Below, piece after piece: positions 36,001 through 54,000 of a stretch of 64,000 nucleotides of DNA. Where the stretch lies: NCBI GenBank assembly GCA_964016885.1, contig OZ024760.1:3534001-3598000 (forward strand). Direction: 5' to 3'. Origin of the DNA: Eledone cirrhosa (Eukaryota). The notes under the pieces are model-generated. The model worked only from the letters and a program-made list of their open reading frames with translations. It searched no databases and was not told the DNA's origin. Both the position numbers and the translations under genes were made by a program. Each line of letters opens with the position of its first letter. The first letter of the stretch is position 1.

Positions 36001-39000
36001 GACACTACCATCAGCTCCACCACAGACACTACCATCATCTCCACCACAGACACTACCATCATCTCCACCACAGACACTACCATCAGCTTCACCACAGAGA
36101 CTACCATCATCTCCACCACAGACACTACCATCAGCACCACCACAGACACTACCATCAGCTCCACCACAGACACTACCATCAGCACCACCACAGACACTAC
36201 CATCAGCTCCACCACGGACACTACCATCAGCACCACCACGGACACTACCATCAGCTCCACCACAGACACTACCATCAGCACCACCACAGACACTACCATC
36301 AGCACCACCACGGACACTACCATCAGCTCCACCACAGACACTACCATCAGCTCCACCACAGACACTACCATCAGCTCCACCACAGATACTACCATCAAAT
36401 CCACCGCAGACACTACCATCAGCACCACCACAGATACTACCATCAGCTCCACCACAGACACTACCATCACCACCCCCACACACACTACCATCAGCTCCAC
36501 CACAGACACTATCATCAGCACCACCACGGACACTACCATCAGCTCCACCATCTCCACTACCATCAGCACCACCACAGACACTACCATCAGCACCACCACA
36601 GACACTACCATCAGCACCACCACAGACACTACCATCAGCACCACCACAGACACTACCATCAGCACCACCACAGACACTACCATCAGCTCCACCACAGACA
36701 CTACCATCAGCTCCACCACAGACACTATCATCAGCACCACCACGGACACTACCATCAGCTCCACCATCTCCACTACCATCAGCACCACCACAGACACTAC
36801 CATCAGCACCACCACAGACACTACCATCAGCTCCACCACAGACACTACCATCAGCTCCACCACAGACACTACCATCAGCTCCACCACAGACACTACCATC
36901 AGCACCACCACAGACACTACCATCAGCACCACCACAGACACTACCATCAGCACCACCACAGACACTACCATCAGCTCCACCACAGACACTACCATCAGCA
37001 CCACCACAGACACTACCATCAGCACCACCACAGACACTACCATCAGCTCCACCACAGACACTACCATCAGCACCACCACAGACACTACCATCAGCTCCAC
37101 CACAGACACTACCATCAGCTCCACCACAGACACTACCATCAGCTCCACCACAGACACTACCATCAGCACCACCACAGACACTACTATCAGCACCACCACA
37201 GACACTACCATCAGCACCACCACAGACACTACCATCAGCTCCACCACAGACACTACCATCAGCTCAACCACAGACACTACCATCAGCTCCACCACGGACA
37301 ATACCATCAGCTCCACCACGGACAATACCATCAGCTCCACCACAGACACTACCATCAGCACCACCACAGACACTACCATCAGCTCCACCACAGATACTAC
37401 CACCAGCACCACCATAGACAATACCATCAGCACCACCACAGACACTACCATCAGCAACAACACAGACACTACCATCAGCTCCACCACAGATACTACCACC
37501 AGCACCACCATAGACAATACCATCAGCACCACCACAGACACTACCATCAGCACCACCACAGACACTACCATCAGCTCCACCATCTCCACTACCATCAGCA
37601 CCACCACAGACACTACCATCAGCACCACCACAGACACTACCATCAGCTCCACCACAGACACTACCATCAGCTCCACCACAGACACTACCATCAGCACCAC
37701 CACAGACACTACCATCAGCTCCACCACAGACACTACCATCAGCACCACCACAGACACTACCATCAGCTCCACCACAGACACTACCATCAGCTCCAACACA
37801 GACACTACCATTAGCTCCACCACAGACACAACCATCAGCACCACCACAGACACTACCATCAGCACCACCACGGACACTACCATCAGCTCCACCACAGACA
37901 CTACCATCAGCACCACCACAGACACTACCATCAGCTCCACCACAGACACTACCATCAGCACCACCACAGAGACTACCATCAGCACCACCACAGGCACTAC
38001 CATCAGCACCACCACAGACACTACCATCAGCTCCACCACAGACACTACCATCAGCACCACCACAGAGACTACCATCAGCACCACCACAGACACTACCATC
38101 AGCACCACCACAGACACTACCATCAGCACCACCACAGACACTACCATCAGCTCCACCACACACACTACCATCAGCTCCACCACAGATACTACCATCAAAT
38201 CCACCGCAGACACTACCATCAGCACCACCACAGACACTACCATCAGCACCACCACAGACACTACCATCAGCACCACCACAGACACTACCATCAGCTCCAC
38301 CACACACACTACCATCAGCTCCACCACAGATACTACCATCAAATCCACCGCAGACACTACCATCAGCTCCACCACAGACACTACCATCAGCACCACCACA
38401 GAGACTACCATCAGCACCACCACAGGCACTACCATCAGCACCACCACAGACACTACCATCAGCTCCACCACAGACACTACCATCAGCACCACCACAGACA
38501 CTACCACCAGCTCCACCACAGACACTACCATCAGCTCCACCACAGACACTACCATCAGCTCCACCACAGACACTACCATCAGCTCCACCACAGACACTAC
38601 CATCATCTCCACCACAGACACTACCATCACCACCACCACACACACTACCATCTGCACAACCACAGACACTACCATCAGCTCCACCACAGACACTACCATC
38701 AGCTCCACCACAGACACTACCATCACCACCACCACACACACTACCATCTGCACAACCACAGACACTACCATCCGCTCCACCACAGACACTACCATCAGCA
38801 CCACCACAGACACTACCATCAGCTCAACCACAGACACTACCATCAGCTCCACCACGGACAATACCATCAGCTCCACCACGGAAAATACCATCAGCACCAC
38901 CACAGACACTACCATCAGCTCCACCACAGACACTACCATCAGCACCACCACAGACACTACCAGCATCTCCACCACAGACACTACCATCAGCTCCACCACA

Positions 39001-42000
39001 GACACTACCATCAGCTCCACCACAGACACTACCATCAGCTCCACCACAGACACTACCATCAGCACCACCACAGACACTACCATCAGCACCACCACAGACA
39101 CAACCATCAGCTCCACCACAGACACTACCATCAGCTCCACCACAGACACTACCATCAGCTCCACCACAGACACTACCATCAGCTCCACCACAGACACTAC
39201 CATCAGCTCAACCACAGACACTACCATCAGCTCCACCACAGACACTACCATCAGCTCCACCACAGACACTACCATCAGCTCCACCACAGACACTACCATC
39301 ATCTCCACCGCAGACACTACCATCAGCTCCACCACAGACACTACCATCAGCTCCACCACAGACACTACCATCAGCTCCACCACAGACACTACCATCAGCT
39401 CCACCACGGAAAATACCATCAGCACCACCACAGACACTACCATCAGCTCAACCACAGACACTACCATCAGCACCACCACAGACACTACCATCAGCTCCAC
39501 CACAGACACTACCATCATCTCCACCACAGACACTACCATCAGCACCACCACAGACACTACCATCAGCTCCACCACAGACACTACCATCAGCACCACCACA
39601 GACACAACCATCAGCTCCACCACAGACACTACCATCATCTCCACCACAGACACTACCATCAGCTCCACCACAGACACTACCATCAGCTCCAGCACAGACA
39701 CTACCATCAGCTCCACCACAGACACTACCATCAGCTCCACCACGGAAAATACCATCAGCACCACCACAGACACTACCATCAGCTCAACCACAGACACTAC
39801 CATCAGCTCCACCACGGACAATACCATCAGCTCCACCACGGAAAATACCATCAGCTCCACCACAGACACTACCATCAGCACCACCACAGACACTACCATC
39901 AGCTCCACCACAGACACTACCATCATCTCCACCACAGACACTACCATCAGCTCCACCACAGACACTACCATCATCTCCACCACAGACACTACCATCATCT
40001 CCACCACAGACACTACCATCAGCTCCACCACAGACACTACCATCAGCACCACCACAGACACTACCATCAGCTCCACCACAGACACTACCATCATCTCCAC
40101 CACAGACACTACCATCAGCTCCACCACAGACACTACCATCATCTCCACCACAGACACTACCATCATCTCCACCACAGACACTACCATCAGCTCCACCACA
40201 GACACTACCATCAGCACCACCACAGACACTACCATCAGCTCCACCACAGACACTACCATCAGCACCACCGCAAACACTACCATCATCACAACCACAGACA
40301 CTACCATCAGCACCACCACAGACACTACCATCAGCTCCACCATCTCCACTACCATCAGCTCCACCATCTCCACTACCATCAGCACCACCACAGACACTAC
40401 CATCAGCACCACCACAGACACTACCATCAGCTCCACCACAGACACTACCATCAGCTCCACCACAGACACTACCATCAGCACCACCACAGACGCTACCATC
40501 AGCTCCACCACGGACACTACCATCAGCTCCACCTCAGACACTACCATCATCTCCACCACAGACACTACCATCATCTCCACCACAGACACTACCATCAGCT
40601 TCACCACAGAGACTACCATCATCTCCACCACAGACACTACCATCAGCACCACCACAGACACTACCATCAGCTCCACCACAGACACTACCATCAGCACCAC
40701 CACAGACACTACCATCAGCTCCACCACGGACACTACCATCAGCACCACCACGGACACTACCATCAGCTCCACCACAGACACTACCATCAGCACCACCACA
40801 GACACTACCATCGGCACCACCACAGACACTACCATCAGCTCCACCACAGACACTACCATCAGCACCACCACAGACACTACCATCAGCTCCACCACAGACA
40901 CTACCATCAGCACCACCACACACACTACCATCAGCACCACCACAGACACTACCATCAGCTCCACCACAGACACTACCATCAGCACCACCACAGACACTAC
41001 CATCAGCTCCACCACGGACAATACCATCAGCTCCACCACAGACACTACCATCAGCTCCACCACAGACACTACCATCAGCTCCACCACAGACACTACCATC
41101 AACTCCACCACAGACACTACCATCAGCTCCACCACAGACACTACCATCAGCTCCACCACAGACACTACCATCAGCACCACCACAGACACTACCATCAGCT
41201 CCACCACAGACACTACCATCAGCACCACCACAGACACAACCATCAGCTCCACCACAGACACTACCATCATCTCCACCACAGACACTACCATCAGCTCCAC
41301 CACAGACACTACCATCAGCTCCACCACAGACACTACCATCAGCACCACCACAGACGCTACCATCAGCTCCACCACGGACACTACCATCAGCTCCACCACA
41401 GACACTACCATCATCTCCACCACAGACACTACCATCATCTCCACCACAGACACTACCATCAGCTTCACCACAGAGACTACCATCAGCACCACCACAGAGA
41501 CTACCATCAGCACCACCACAGACACTACCATCAGCACCACCACAGACACTACCATCAGCACCACCACAGACACTACCATCAGCTCCACCACACACACTAC
41601 CATCAGCTCCACCACAGATACTACCATCAAATCCACCGCAGACACTACCATCAGCACCACCACAGACACTACCATCAGCACCACCACAGACACTACCATC
41701 AACACCACCACAGACACTACCATCAGCTCCACCACACACACTACCATCAGCTCCACCACAGACACTACCATCAGCACCACCACAGACACTACCATCAAAT
41801 CCACCGCAGACACTACCATCAGCTCCACCACAGACACTACCATCAGCACCACCACAGAGACTACCATCAGCACCACCACAGGCACTACCATCAGCACCAC
41901 CACAGACACTACCATCAGCTCCACCACAGACACTACCATCAGCACCACCACAGACACTACCACCAGCTCCACCACAGACACTACCATCAGCTCCACCACA

Positions 42001-45000
42001 GACACTACCATCAGCTCCACCACAGACACTACCATCAGCTCCACCACAGACACTACCATCACCACCACCACACACACTACCATCTGCACAACCACAGACA
42101 CTACCATCAGCTCCACCACAGACACTACCATCAGCTCCACCACAGACACTACCATCAGCACCACCACAGACACTACCATCAGCTCCACCACAGACACTAC
42201 CATCATCTCCACCACAGACACTACCATCAGCTCCACCACAGACACTACCATCATCTCCACCACAGACACTACCATCATCTCCACCACAGACACTACCATC
42301 AGCTCCACCACAGACACTACCATCAGCACCACCACAGACACTACCATCAGCTCCACCACAGACACTACCATCATCTCCACCACAGACACTACCATCAGCT
42401 CCACCACAGACACTACCATCATCTCCACCACAGACACTACCATCAGCTCCACCACAGACACTACCATCATCTCCACCACAGACACTACCATCATCTCCAC
42501 CACAGACACTACCATCAGCTCCACCACAGACACTACCATCAGCACCACCACAGACACTACCATCAGCACCACCACAGACACTACCATCAGCTCCACCACA
42601 GACACTACCATCAGCACCACCACAGACACTACCATCAGCACCACCACAGACACTACCATCAGCTCCACCACAGACACTACCATCATCTCCACCACAGACA
42701 CTACCATCAGCTCCACCACAGACACTACCATCAGCACCACCACAGACACTACCATCAGCTCCACCACAGACACTACCATCAGCACCACCGCAAACACTAC
42801 CATCATCACAACCACAGACACTACCATCAGCACCACCACAGACACTACCATCAGCTCCACCATCTCCACTACCATCAGCTCCACCATCTCCACTACCATC
42901 AGCACCACCACAGACACTACCATCAGCACCACCACAGACACTACCATCAGCTCCACCACAGACACTACCATCAGCTCCACCACAGACACTACCATCAGCA
43001 CCACCACAGACGCTACCATCAGCTCCACCACGGACACTACCATCAGCTCCACCACAGACACTACCATCATCTCCACCACAGACACTACCATCATCTCCAC
43101 CACAGACACTACCATCAGCTTCACCACAGAGACTACCATCATCTCCACCACAGACACTACCATCAGCACCACCACAGACACTACCATCAGCTCCACCACA
43201 GACACTACCATCAGCACCACCACAGACACTACCATCAGCTCCACCACGGACACTACCATCAGCACCACCACGGACACTACCATCAGCTCCACCACAGACA
43301 CTACCATCAGCACCACCACAGACACTACCATCGGCACCACCACAGACACTACCATCAGCTCCACCACAGACACTACCATCAGCACCACCACAGACACTAC
43401 CATCAGCTCCACCACAGACACTACCATCAGCACCACCACACACACTACCATCAGCACCACCACAGACACTACCATCAGCTCCACCACAGACACTACCATC
43501 AGCACCACCACAGACACTACCATCAGCTCCACCACGGACAATACCATCAGCTCCACCACAGACACTACCATCAGCTCCACCACAGACACTACCATCAGCT
43601 CCACCACAGACACTACCATCAACTCCACCACAGACACTACCATCAGCTCCACCACAGACACTACCATCAGCTCCACCACAGACACTACCATCAGCACCAC
43701 CACAGACACTACCATCAGCTCCACCACAGACACTACCATCAGCACCACCACAGACACAACCATCAGCTCCACCACAGACACTACCATCATCTCCACCACA
43801 GACACTACCATCAGCTCCACCACAGACACTACCATCAGCTCCACCACAGACACTACCATCAGCACCACCACAGACGCTACCATCAGCTCCACCACGGACA
43901 CTACCATCAGCTCCACCACAGACACTACCATCATCTCCACCACAGACACTACCATCATCTCCACCACAGACACTACCATCAGCTTCACCACAGAGACTAC
44001 CATCATCTCCACCACAGACACTACCATCAGCACCACCACAGACACTACCATCAGCTCCACCACAGACACTACCATCAGCTCCACCACAGACACTACCATC
44101 AAATCCACCACAGACACTACCATCAGCACCACCACAGACACTACCATCAGCTCCACCACGGACACTACCATCAGCACCACCACAGACACAACCATCAGCT
44201 CCACCACGGACACTACCATCAGCTCCACCACAGACACTACCATCAGCTCCACCACAGACACTACCACCATCTCCACCACAGACACTACCATCAGCACCAC
44301 CACAGACACTACAATCAGCTCCACCACAGACACTACCATCAGCTCCACCACGGACACTACCATCAGCTCCACCACAGACACTACCATCAGCACTACCACG
44401 GACACTACCATCAGCACCACCACGGACACTACCATCAGCACCACCATCTCCACTACCATCAGCACCACCACAGACACTACAATCAGCACCACCATAGACA
44501 TAACCATCAGCTCCACCACAGACACTACCATCAGCTCCACCACAGACACTACCATCAGCACCACCACAGACACTACCACCATCTCCATCACAGACACTAC
44601 CATCAGCTCCACCACGGACACTACCATCAGCATCACCACAGACACAACCATCAGCTCCACCACGGACACTACCATCAGCTCCACCACAGACACTACCATC
44701 AGCTCCACCACAGACACTACCATCAGCACCACCACAGACACTACCATCAGCACCACCACGGACACTACCACCATCTCCACCACAGACACTACAATCAGCT
44801 CCACCACAGACACTACCATCAGCACCACCACAGACACTACCATCAGCTCCACCACAGACACTACCATCAGCACCACCACAGACACTACCATCAGCTCCAC
44901 CACAGACACTACCACCATCTCCACCACAGACACTACCATCAGCACCACCACAGACACTACAATCAGCACCACCACAGACACTACCATCATCTCCACCACG

Positions 45001-48000
45001 GACACTACCATCAGCTCCACCACAGACACTACCATCAGCACCACCACAGACACTACCATCAGCTCCACCACGGACACTACCATCAGCTCCACCACAGAAC
45101 ACTACCACCATCTCCACCACAGACACTACCATCAGCACCACCACAGACACTACAATCAGCTCCACCACAGACACTACCATCAGCTCCACCACGGACACTA
45201 CCATCAGCACCACCACAGACACTACCATCAGCTCCACCACAGACACTACCATCAGCACCACCACAGACACTACCATCAGCTCCACCACAGACACTACCAT
45301 ATGTCCACCACAGACACTACCATCAGCACCACCACAGACACTACCATCAGCTCCACCACAGACACTACCATCAGCACCACCACAGACACTACCATCAGCT
45401 CCACCACAGACACTACCATCAGCTCCACCACAGACACTACCATCACCACCACCACACACACTACCATCAGCACAACCACAGACACTACCATCAGCTCCAC
45501 CACAGACACTACCATCAGCTCCACCACAGACACTACCATCAGCTCCACCACAGACACTACCATCAGCTCCACCACAGACACTACCATCAGCTCCACCACA
45601 GACACTACCATCAGCTCAACCACAGACACTACCATCTGCTCCACCACGGACAATACCATCAGCTCCACCACGGACAATACCATCAGCTCCACCACGGACA
45701 ATACCATCAGCTCCACCACAGACACTACCATCAGCACCACCACAGACACTACCATCAGCACCGCCATCTCCACTACCATCAGCCCCACCACGGACACTAC
45801 CATCAGCACCACCATCTCCACTACCATCAGCACCATCATCTCCACTACCATCAGCACCACCACAGACACTACCATCAGCTCCACCACAGACACTACCATC
45901 AGCTCCACCACAGACACTACCATGAGCACCACCACAGACACTACCATCAGCTCCACCACAGACACTACCATCATCTCCACCACAGACACTACCATCAGCT
46001 CCACCACAGACACTACCATCATCTCCACCACAGACACTACCACCAGCACCACCACAGACACTACCATCAGCTTCACCACAGACACTACAATCAGCACCAC
46101 CACAGACACTACCACCAGCACCACCACAGACACTACCATCAGCTCCACCACAGACACTACCATCATCTCCACCACAGACACTACCATCAGCTCCACCACA
46201 GACACTACCATCAGCACCACCACAGACACTACCATCAGCTCCACCACAGACACTACCATCAGCACCACCACAGAGACTACCATCAGCACCACCACAGACA
46301 CTACCATCAGCACCACCACAGACACTACCATCAGCAGCACCACAGACATTACCATCAGCACCACCACAGACACTACCATCAGCACCACTACAGACACTAC
46401 CATCAGCTCCACCACAGACACTACCATCAGCACCACCACAGACACTACCATCAGCACCACCACAGAGACTACCATCAGCACCACCACAGACACTACCATC
46501 AGCTCCACCACAGACACTACCATCAGCACCACCACAGACACTACCATCAGCTCCACCACAGACACTACCATCAGCTCCACCACAGACACTACCATGAGCA
46601 CCACCACAGACACTACCATCAGCTCCACCACAGACACTACCATCATCTCCACCACAGACACTACCATCAGCTCCACCACAGACACTACCACCAGCTTCAC
46701 CACAGACACTACCATCATCTCCACCACGGACACTACCATTAGCTCCACCACAGACACAACCATCAGCACCACCACAGACACTACCATCAGCACCACCACG
46801 GACACTACCATCAGCACCACCACAGACACTACCATCAGCACCACCACAGACACTACCATCAGCTCCACCACAGACACTACCATCAGCACCACCACAGAGA
46901 CTACCATCAGCACCACCACAGACACTACCATCAGCACCACCACAGACACTACCATCAGCACCACCACAGACATTACCATCAGCACCACCACAGACACTAC
47001 CATCAGCACCACTACAGACACTACCATCAGCTCCACCACAGACACTACCATCAGCACCACCACAGACACTACCATCAGCACCACCACAGAGACTACCATC
47101 AGCACCACCACAGACACTACCATCAGCACCACCACAGACACTACCATCAGCACCACCACAGACATTACCATCAGCACCACCACAGACACTACAATCAGCA
47201 CCACTACAGACACTACCATCAGCTCCACCACAGACACTACCATCAGCTCCACCACAGACACTACCATCAGCACCACCACAGACACTACCATCAAATCCAC
47301 CACAGACACTACCATCAGCACCACCACAGACACTACCATCAGCACCACCACAGACACTACCATCAGCACCACTACAGACACTACCATCAGCTCCACCACA
47401 GACACTACCATCAGCACCACCACAGACACTACCATCAGCTCCACCACAGACACTACCATCAGCACCACCACAGACACTACCATCAGCACCACCACAGACA
47501 CTACCATCAGCACCACCACAGACACTACCATCAGCTCCACCACAGACACTACCATCAGCTCCACCACAGACACTACCATCAGCACCACCACAGACACTAC
47601 CATCAGCACCACCACAGACACTACCATCAGCACCACCACAGACATTACCATCAGCACCACCACAGACACTACAATCAGCACCACTACAGACACTACCATC
47701 AGCTCCACCACAGACACTACCATCAGCACCACCACAGACACTACCATCAGCTCCACCACAGACACTACCATCAGCACCACCACAGACACTACCATCAAAT
47801 CCACCACAGACACTACCATCAGCACCACCACAGACACTACCATCAGCACCACCACAGACACTACCATCAAATCCACCACAGACACTACCATCAGCACCAC
47901 CACAGACACTACCATCAGCTCCACCACGGACACTACCATCAGCTCCACCACAGACACAACCATCAGCTCCACCACAGACACTACCATCAGCACCACCACA

Positions 48001-51000
48001 GACACTACCATCAAATCCACCACAGACACTACCATCAGCTCCACCACGGACACTACCATCAGCACCACCACAGACACAACCATCAGCTCCACCACGGACA
48101 CTACCATCAGCTCCACCACAGACACTACCATCAGTTCCACCACGGACACTACCATCAGCACCACCACCGACACTACCATCACCACCACCACGGACACTAC
48201 CATCACCACCACCACGGACACTACCATCAGCACCACCACGGACACTACCATCAGCACCACCATCTCCACTACCATCAGCACCACCACAGACACTACAATC
48301 AGCACCACCATAGACACAACCATCAGCACCACCACAGACACTACCATCAGCTCCACCACAGACACTACCATCAGCACCACCACAGACACTACCATCATCT
48401 CCACCACAGACACTACCATCAGCTCCACCACAGACACTACCATCAGCACCACCACAGACACTACCATCAGCACCACCACAGACACTACCATCATCTCCAC
48501 CACAGACACTACCATCAGCTCCACCACAGACACTACCATCAGCTCCACCACAGACACTACCATCAGCTCCACCACAGACACTACCATCAGCACCACCACA
48601 GACACTACCATCATCTCCACCACAGACACTACCATCAGCTCCACCACAGACACTACCATCAGCTCCACCACAGAAACTACAATCAGCTCCACCACAGACA
48701 CTACCATCAGCTCCAACACGGACACAACCATCACCACCACCACACACACAACCATCAGCTCCACCACAGACTCTACCATCAGCACCACCACAGACACTAC
48801 CATCAGCTTCACCACAGACACTACCATTAGCTCCACCACAGACACAACCATCAGCACCACCACAGACACTACCATTAGCACCACCACGGACACTACCATC
48901 AGCTCCACCACAGACACTACCATTAGCCCCACCACAGACACAACCATCAGCACCACCACAGACACTACCATTAGCACCACCACGGACACTACCATCAGCT
49001 CCACCACAGACACTACCATCAGCACCACCACAGAGACTACCATCAGCACCACCACAGACACTACCATCAGCTCCACCACAGACACTACCCTCAGCACCAC
49101 CACGGACACTACCATCAGCTCCACCACAGACACTACCATCAGCTCCACCACAGACACTACCATCAAATCCACCACAGACACTACCATCAGCACCACCACA
49201 GACACTACCATCAGCTCCACCACAGACACTACCATCCGCACCACCACAGACACTACCATCAAATCCACCACAGACACTACCATCAGCACCACCACAGACA
49301 CTACCATCAGCTCCACCACAGACACTACCATCAGCAGCACCACAGACACTACCATCAGCACCACCACAGACACAACCATCAGCTCCACCACGGACACTAC
49401 CATCATCTCCACCACAGACACTACCATCATCTCCACCACAGACACTACCATCATCTCCACCACAGACACTACATTCAGCACCACCACGGACACTACCATC
49501 AGCACCACCATCTCCACTACCATCAGCACCACCACAGACACTACAATCAGCACCACCATAGACACAACCATCAGCTCCACCACAGACACTACCATCAGCA
49601 CCACCACGGACACTACCATCAGCACCACCACGGACACTACATTCAGCACCACCACGGACACTACCATCAGCACCACCATCTCCACTACCATCAGCACCAC
49701 CACAGACACTACAATCAGCACCACCATATACACAACCATCAGCTCCACCACAGACACTACCATCAGCACCACCACGGACACTACCACCATCTCCACCACA
49801 GACACTACCATCAGCTCCAACACGGACACAACCATCAGCTCCACCACAGACACTACCATCAGCACCACCACAGACACTACCATCAGCACCACCACAGACA
49901 CTACCACCATCTCCATCACAGACACTACCATCAGCTCCACCACAGACACTACCATCAGCACCACCACAGACACTACCATCAGCTCCACCACAGACACTAC
50001 CATCAGCACCACCACAGAAACTACCATCAGCTCCACCACGGGCACTACCATCAGCTCCACCACAGACACTACCATCAGCTCCACCACAGACACTACCATC
50101 AGCACCACCACAGAAACTACCATCAGCACCACCACAGACACTACCATCAACTCCACCACAGAAACTACCATCAGCACCACCACAGACACTACCATCAGCA
50201 CCACCATCTCCACTACCATCAGCTCCACCACAGACATTACCATCAGCACCACCACAGACACTACCATCAGCACCACCACGGACACTACCATCAGCTCCAC
50301 CACAGACACTACCATCAGCACCACCACAGACACTACCATCAGCTCCACCACAGACACTACCATCAGCTCCACCACAGACACTACCATCAGCTCCACGACA
50401 GACACTACCATCACCACCACCACAGACACTACCATCAGCCCCACCACAGACACTACCATCACCACCACCACACACACTACCATCAGCACCACCACAGACA
50501 CTACCATCAGCCCCACGACAGACACTACCATCACCACCACCACACACACTACCATCAGCTCCACAACAGACACTACCATCAGCTCCACCACAGACACTAC
50601 CATCAGCCCCACCACAGACACTACCATCACCACCACCACACACACTACCATCAGCTCCACCACACACACTACCATCAGCTCCACCACAGACACTACCATC
50701 AGCCCCACCACAGACACTACCATCACCACCACCACACACACTACCATCAGCTCCACCACAGACACTACCATCAGCTCCACCACACACACTACCATCAGCT
50801 CCACCACAGACACTACCATCAGCACCACCACAGACACTACCATCAGCACCACCACAGACACTACCATCAGCACCACCACAGACACTACCATCAGCTCCAC
50901 CACAGACACTACCATCAGCTCCACCACAGACACTACCATCAGCTCCACCACAGACACTACCATCAGCTCCACGACAGACACTACCATCACCACCACCACA

Positions 51001-54000
51001 CACATACCATGAGCTCCACCACAGACACTATCAGCAGCACCACTACGGACACTACCATCAGCTCCACCATCTCCACTACCATCAGCACCACCACAGACAC
51101 TACCATCAGCACCACCACAGACACTACCATCTGCTCCACCACAGATACTACCATCAGCTCCACCACAGACACTACCATCAGCACCACCACAGACACTACC
51201 ATCAGCACCACCACAGACACTACCATCAGCACCACCACAGACACTACCATCAGCTCCACCACAGACACTACCATCATCTCCACCACAGACACTACCATCA
51301 GCTCCACCACAGACACTACCATCAGCTCCACCACAGACACAACCATCAGCTCCACCACAGACACTACCATCATCTCCACCACAGACACTACCATCAGCTC
51401 CACCACAGACACTACCATCAGCTCCACCACAGACACTACCATCAGCACCACCACAGACACAACCATCAGCTCCACCACAGACACTACCATCAGCACCACC
51501 ACAGACACAACCATCAGCTCCACCACAGACACTACCATCAGCACCACCACAGACACTACCATCAGCTCCACCACAGACACTACCATCAGCTCCACCACAG
51601 ACACTACCATCAGCTCCACCACAGACACTACCATCAGCTCCACCACAGATACTACCATCAAATCCACCACAGACACTACCATCAGCACCACCACAGACAC
51701 TACCATCAGCTCCACCACAGACACTACCATCAGCACCACCACAGACACTACCATCAAATCCACCACAGACACTACCACCATCCCCACCACAGACACAACC
51801 ATCAGCTCCACCACAGACACTACCATCAGCACCACCACAGACACAACCATCAGCTCCACCACAGACACTACCATCAGCTCCACCACAGACACTACCATCA
51901 GCTCCACCACAGACACTACCATCATCTCCACCACAGACACTACCATCAGTTCCACCACGGACACTACCATCAGCACCACCACGGACACTACCATCAGCAC
52001 CACCACGGACACTACCATCAGCACCACCACGGACACTACCATCAGCACCACCATCTCCACTACCATCAGCACCACCACAGACACTACAATCAGCTCCACC
52101 ACACACACTACCATCAACTCCACCACAGACACTACCATCAGCTCCAACACGGACACAACCATCACCACCACCACACACACTACCATCAGCTCCACCACAG
52201 ACACTACCATCAACTCCACCACAGACACTACCATCAGCTTCACCACAGACACTACCATCACCACCACCACACACACTACCATCAGCACCACCACAGACAC
52301 TACCATCAGCACCACCACAGACACTACCATCACCACCACCACACACACTACCATCATCTCCACCACAGACACTACCATTAGCTCCACCACAGACATAACC
52401 ATCAGCACCACCACAGACACTACCATTAGCACCACCACGGACACTACCATCAGCTCCACCACATACACTACCATCAGCACCACCACAGACACTACCATCA
52501 GCTCCTCCACAGACACTACCATCAGCACCACCACAGAGACTACCATCAGCACCACCACAGACACTACCATCAGCTCCACCACAGACACTACCATCAGCAC
52601 CACCACAGACACTACCATCAGCACCACCACAGACACTACCATCAGCTCCACCACGGACACTACATTCAGCACCACCACGGACACTACCATTAGCTCCACC
52701 ACAGACACAACCATCAGCTCCACCACAGACACTACCATCAAATCCACCACGGACACTACCATCAGCTTCACCACAGACACTACCATCAGCTCCACCACAG
52801 ACACTACCATCAGCTCCACCACAGACACTACCATCAGCTCCACCACACACACTACCATCAGCTCCACCACAGACACTACCATCAGCTCCACCACACACAC
52901 TACCATCAGCTCCACCACAGACACTACCATCATCTCCACCACAGACACTACATTCAGCACCACCACGGACACTACCATCAGCACCACCACAGACACTACC
53001 ATCAGCTCCACCACGGACACTACCATCAAATCCACCACGGACACTACCATCAGCACCACCACAGACACAACCATCAGCTCCACCACAGACACTACCATCA
53101 AATCCACCACGGACACTACCATCAGCTCCACCACAGACACTACCATCACCACCACCACAGACACTACCATCACCACCACCACACACACTACCATCAGCAC
53201 CACCACAGACACTACCATCAGCTCCACCACAGACACTACCATCAGCACCACCACAGACACTACCATCAGCTCCACCACGGACACTACCATCAGCACCACC
53301 ACAGACACTACCATCAGCACCACCACAGACACTACCATCAAATCCACCACAGACACTACCATCATCACCACCACAGACACTACCATCAGCTCCACCACGG
53401 ACACTACCACCAGCTCCACCACAGACACTACCATCAGCTCCACCACAGACACTACCATCAGCTCCACCACGGACACTACCACCAGCTCCACCACGGACAC
53501 TACAATCAGCACCACCACAGACACTACCATCAGCACCACCACAGACACAACCATCAGCACCACCACGGACACTACCATCATCTCCACCACAGACACTACA
53601 TTCAGCACCACCACGGACACTACCATCAGCACCACCATCTCCACAACCATCAGCACCACCACAGACACTACCACCATCTCCACCACATACACTACCATCA
53701 GCACCACCACAGACACTACCATCAGCACCACCACGGACACAACCATCAGCTCCACCACAGACACTACCATCAGCACCACCACGGACACTACCATCAGCTC
53801 CACCACAGACACTACCATCAGCTCCACCACAGACACTACCATCAGCACCACCACAGACACTACCACCATCTCCACCACGGACACTACCATCAGCTCCACC
53901 ACAGACACTACCATCAGCCCACCACAGACACTACCATCAGCACCACCACAGACACTACCATCAGCTCCACCACGGACACTACCATCAGCTCCACCACAGA

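Noticed and set aside
1033-46120. Chi sites (GCTGGTGG) on the minus strand in ACC-ACC-AGC variant units
   Set aside because: Chi is specific to enterobacterial RecBCD; here it is a one-base variant of the consensus in a eukaryote.
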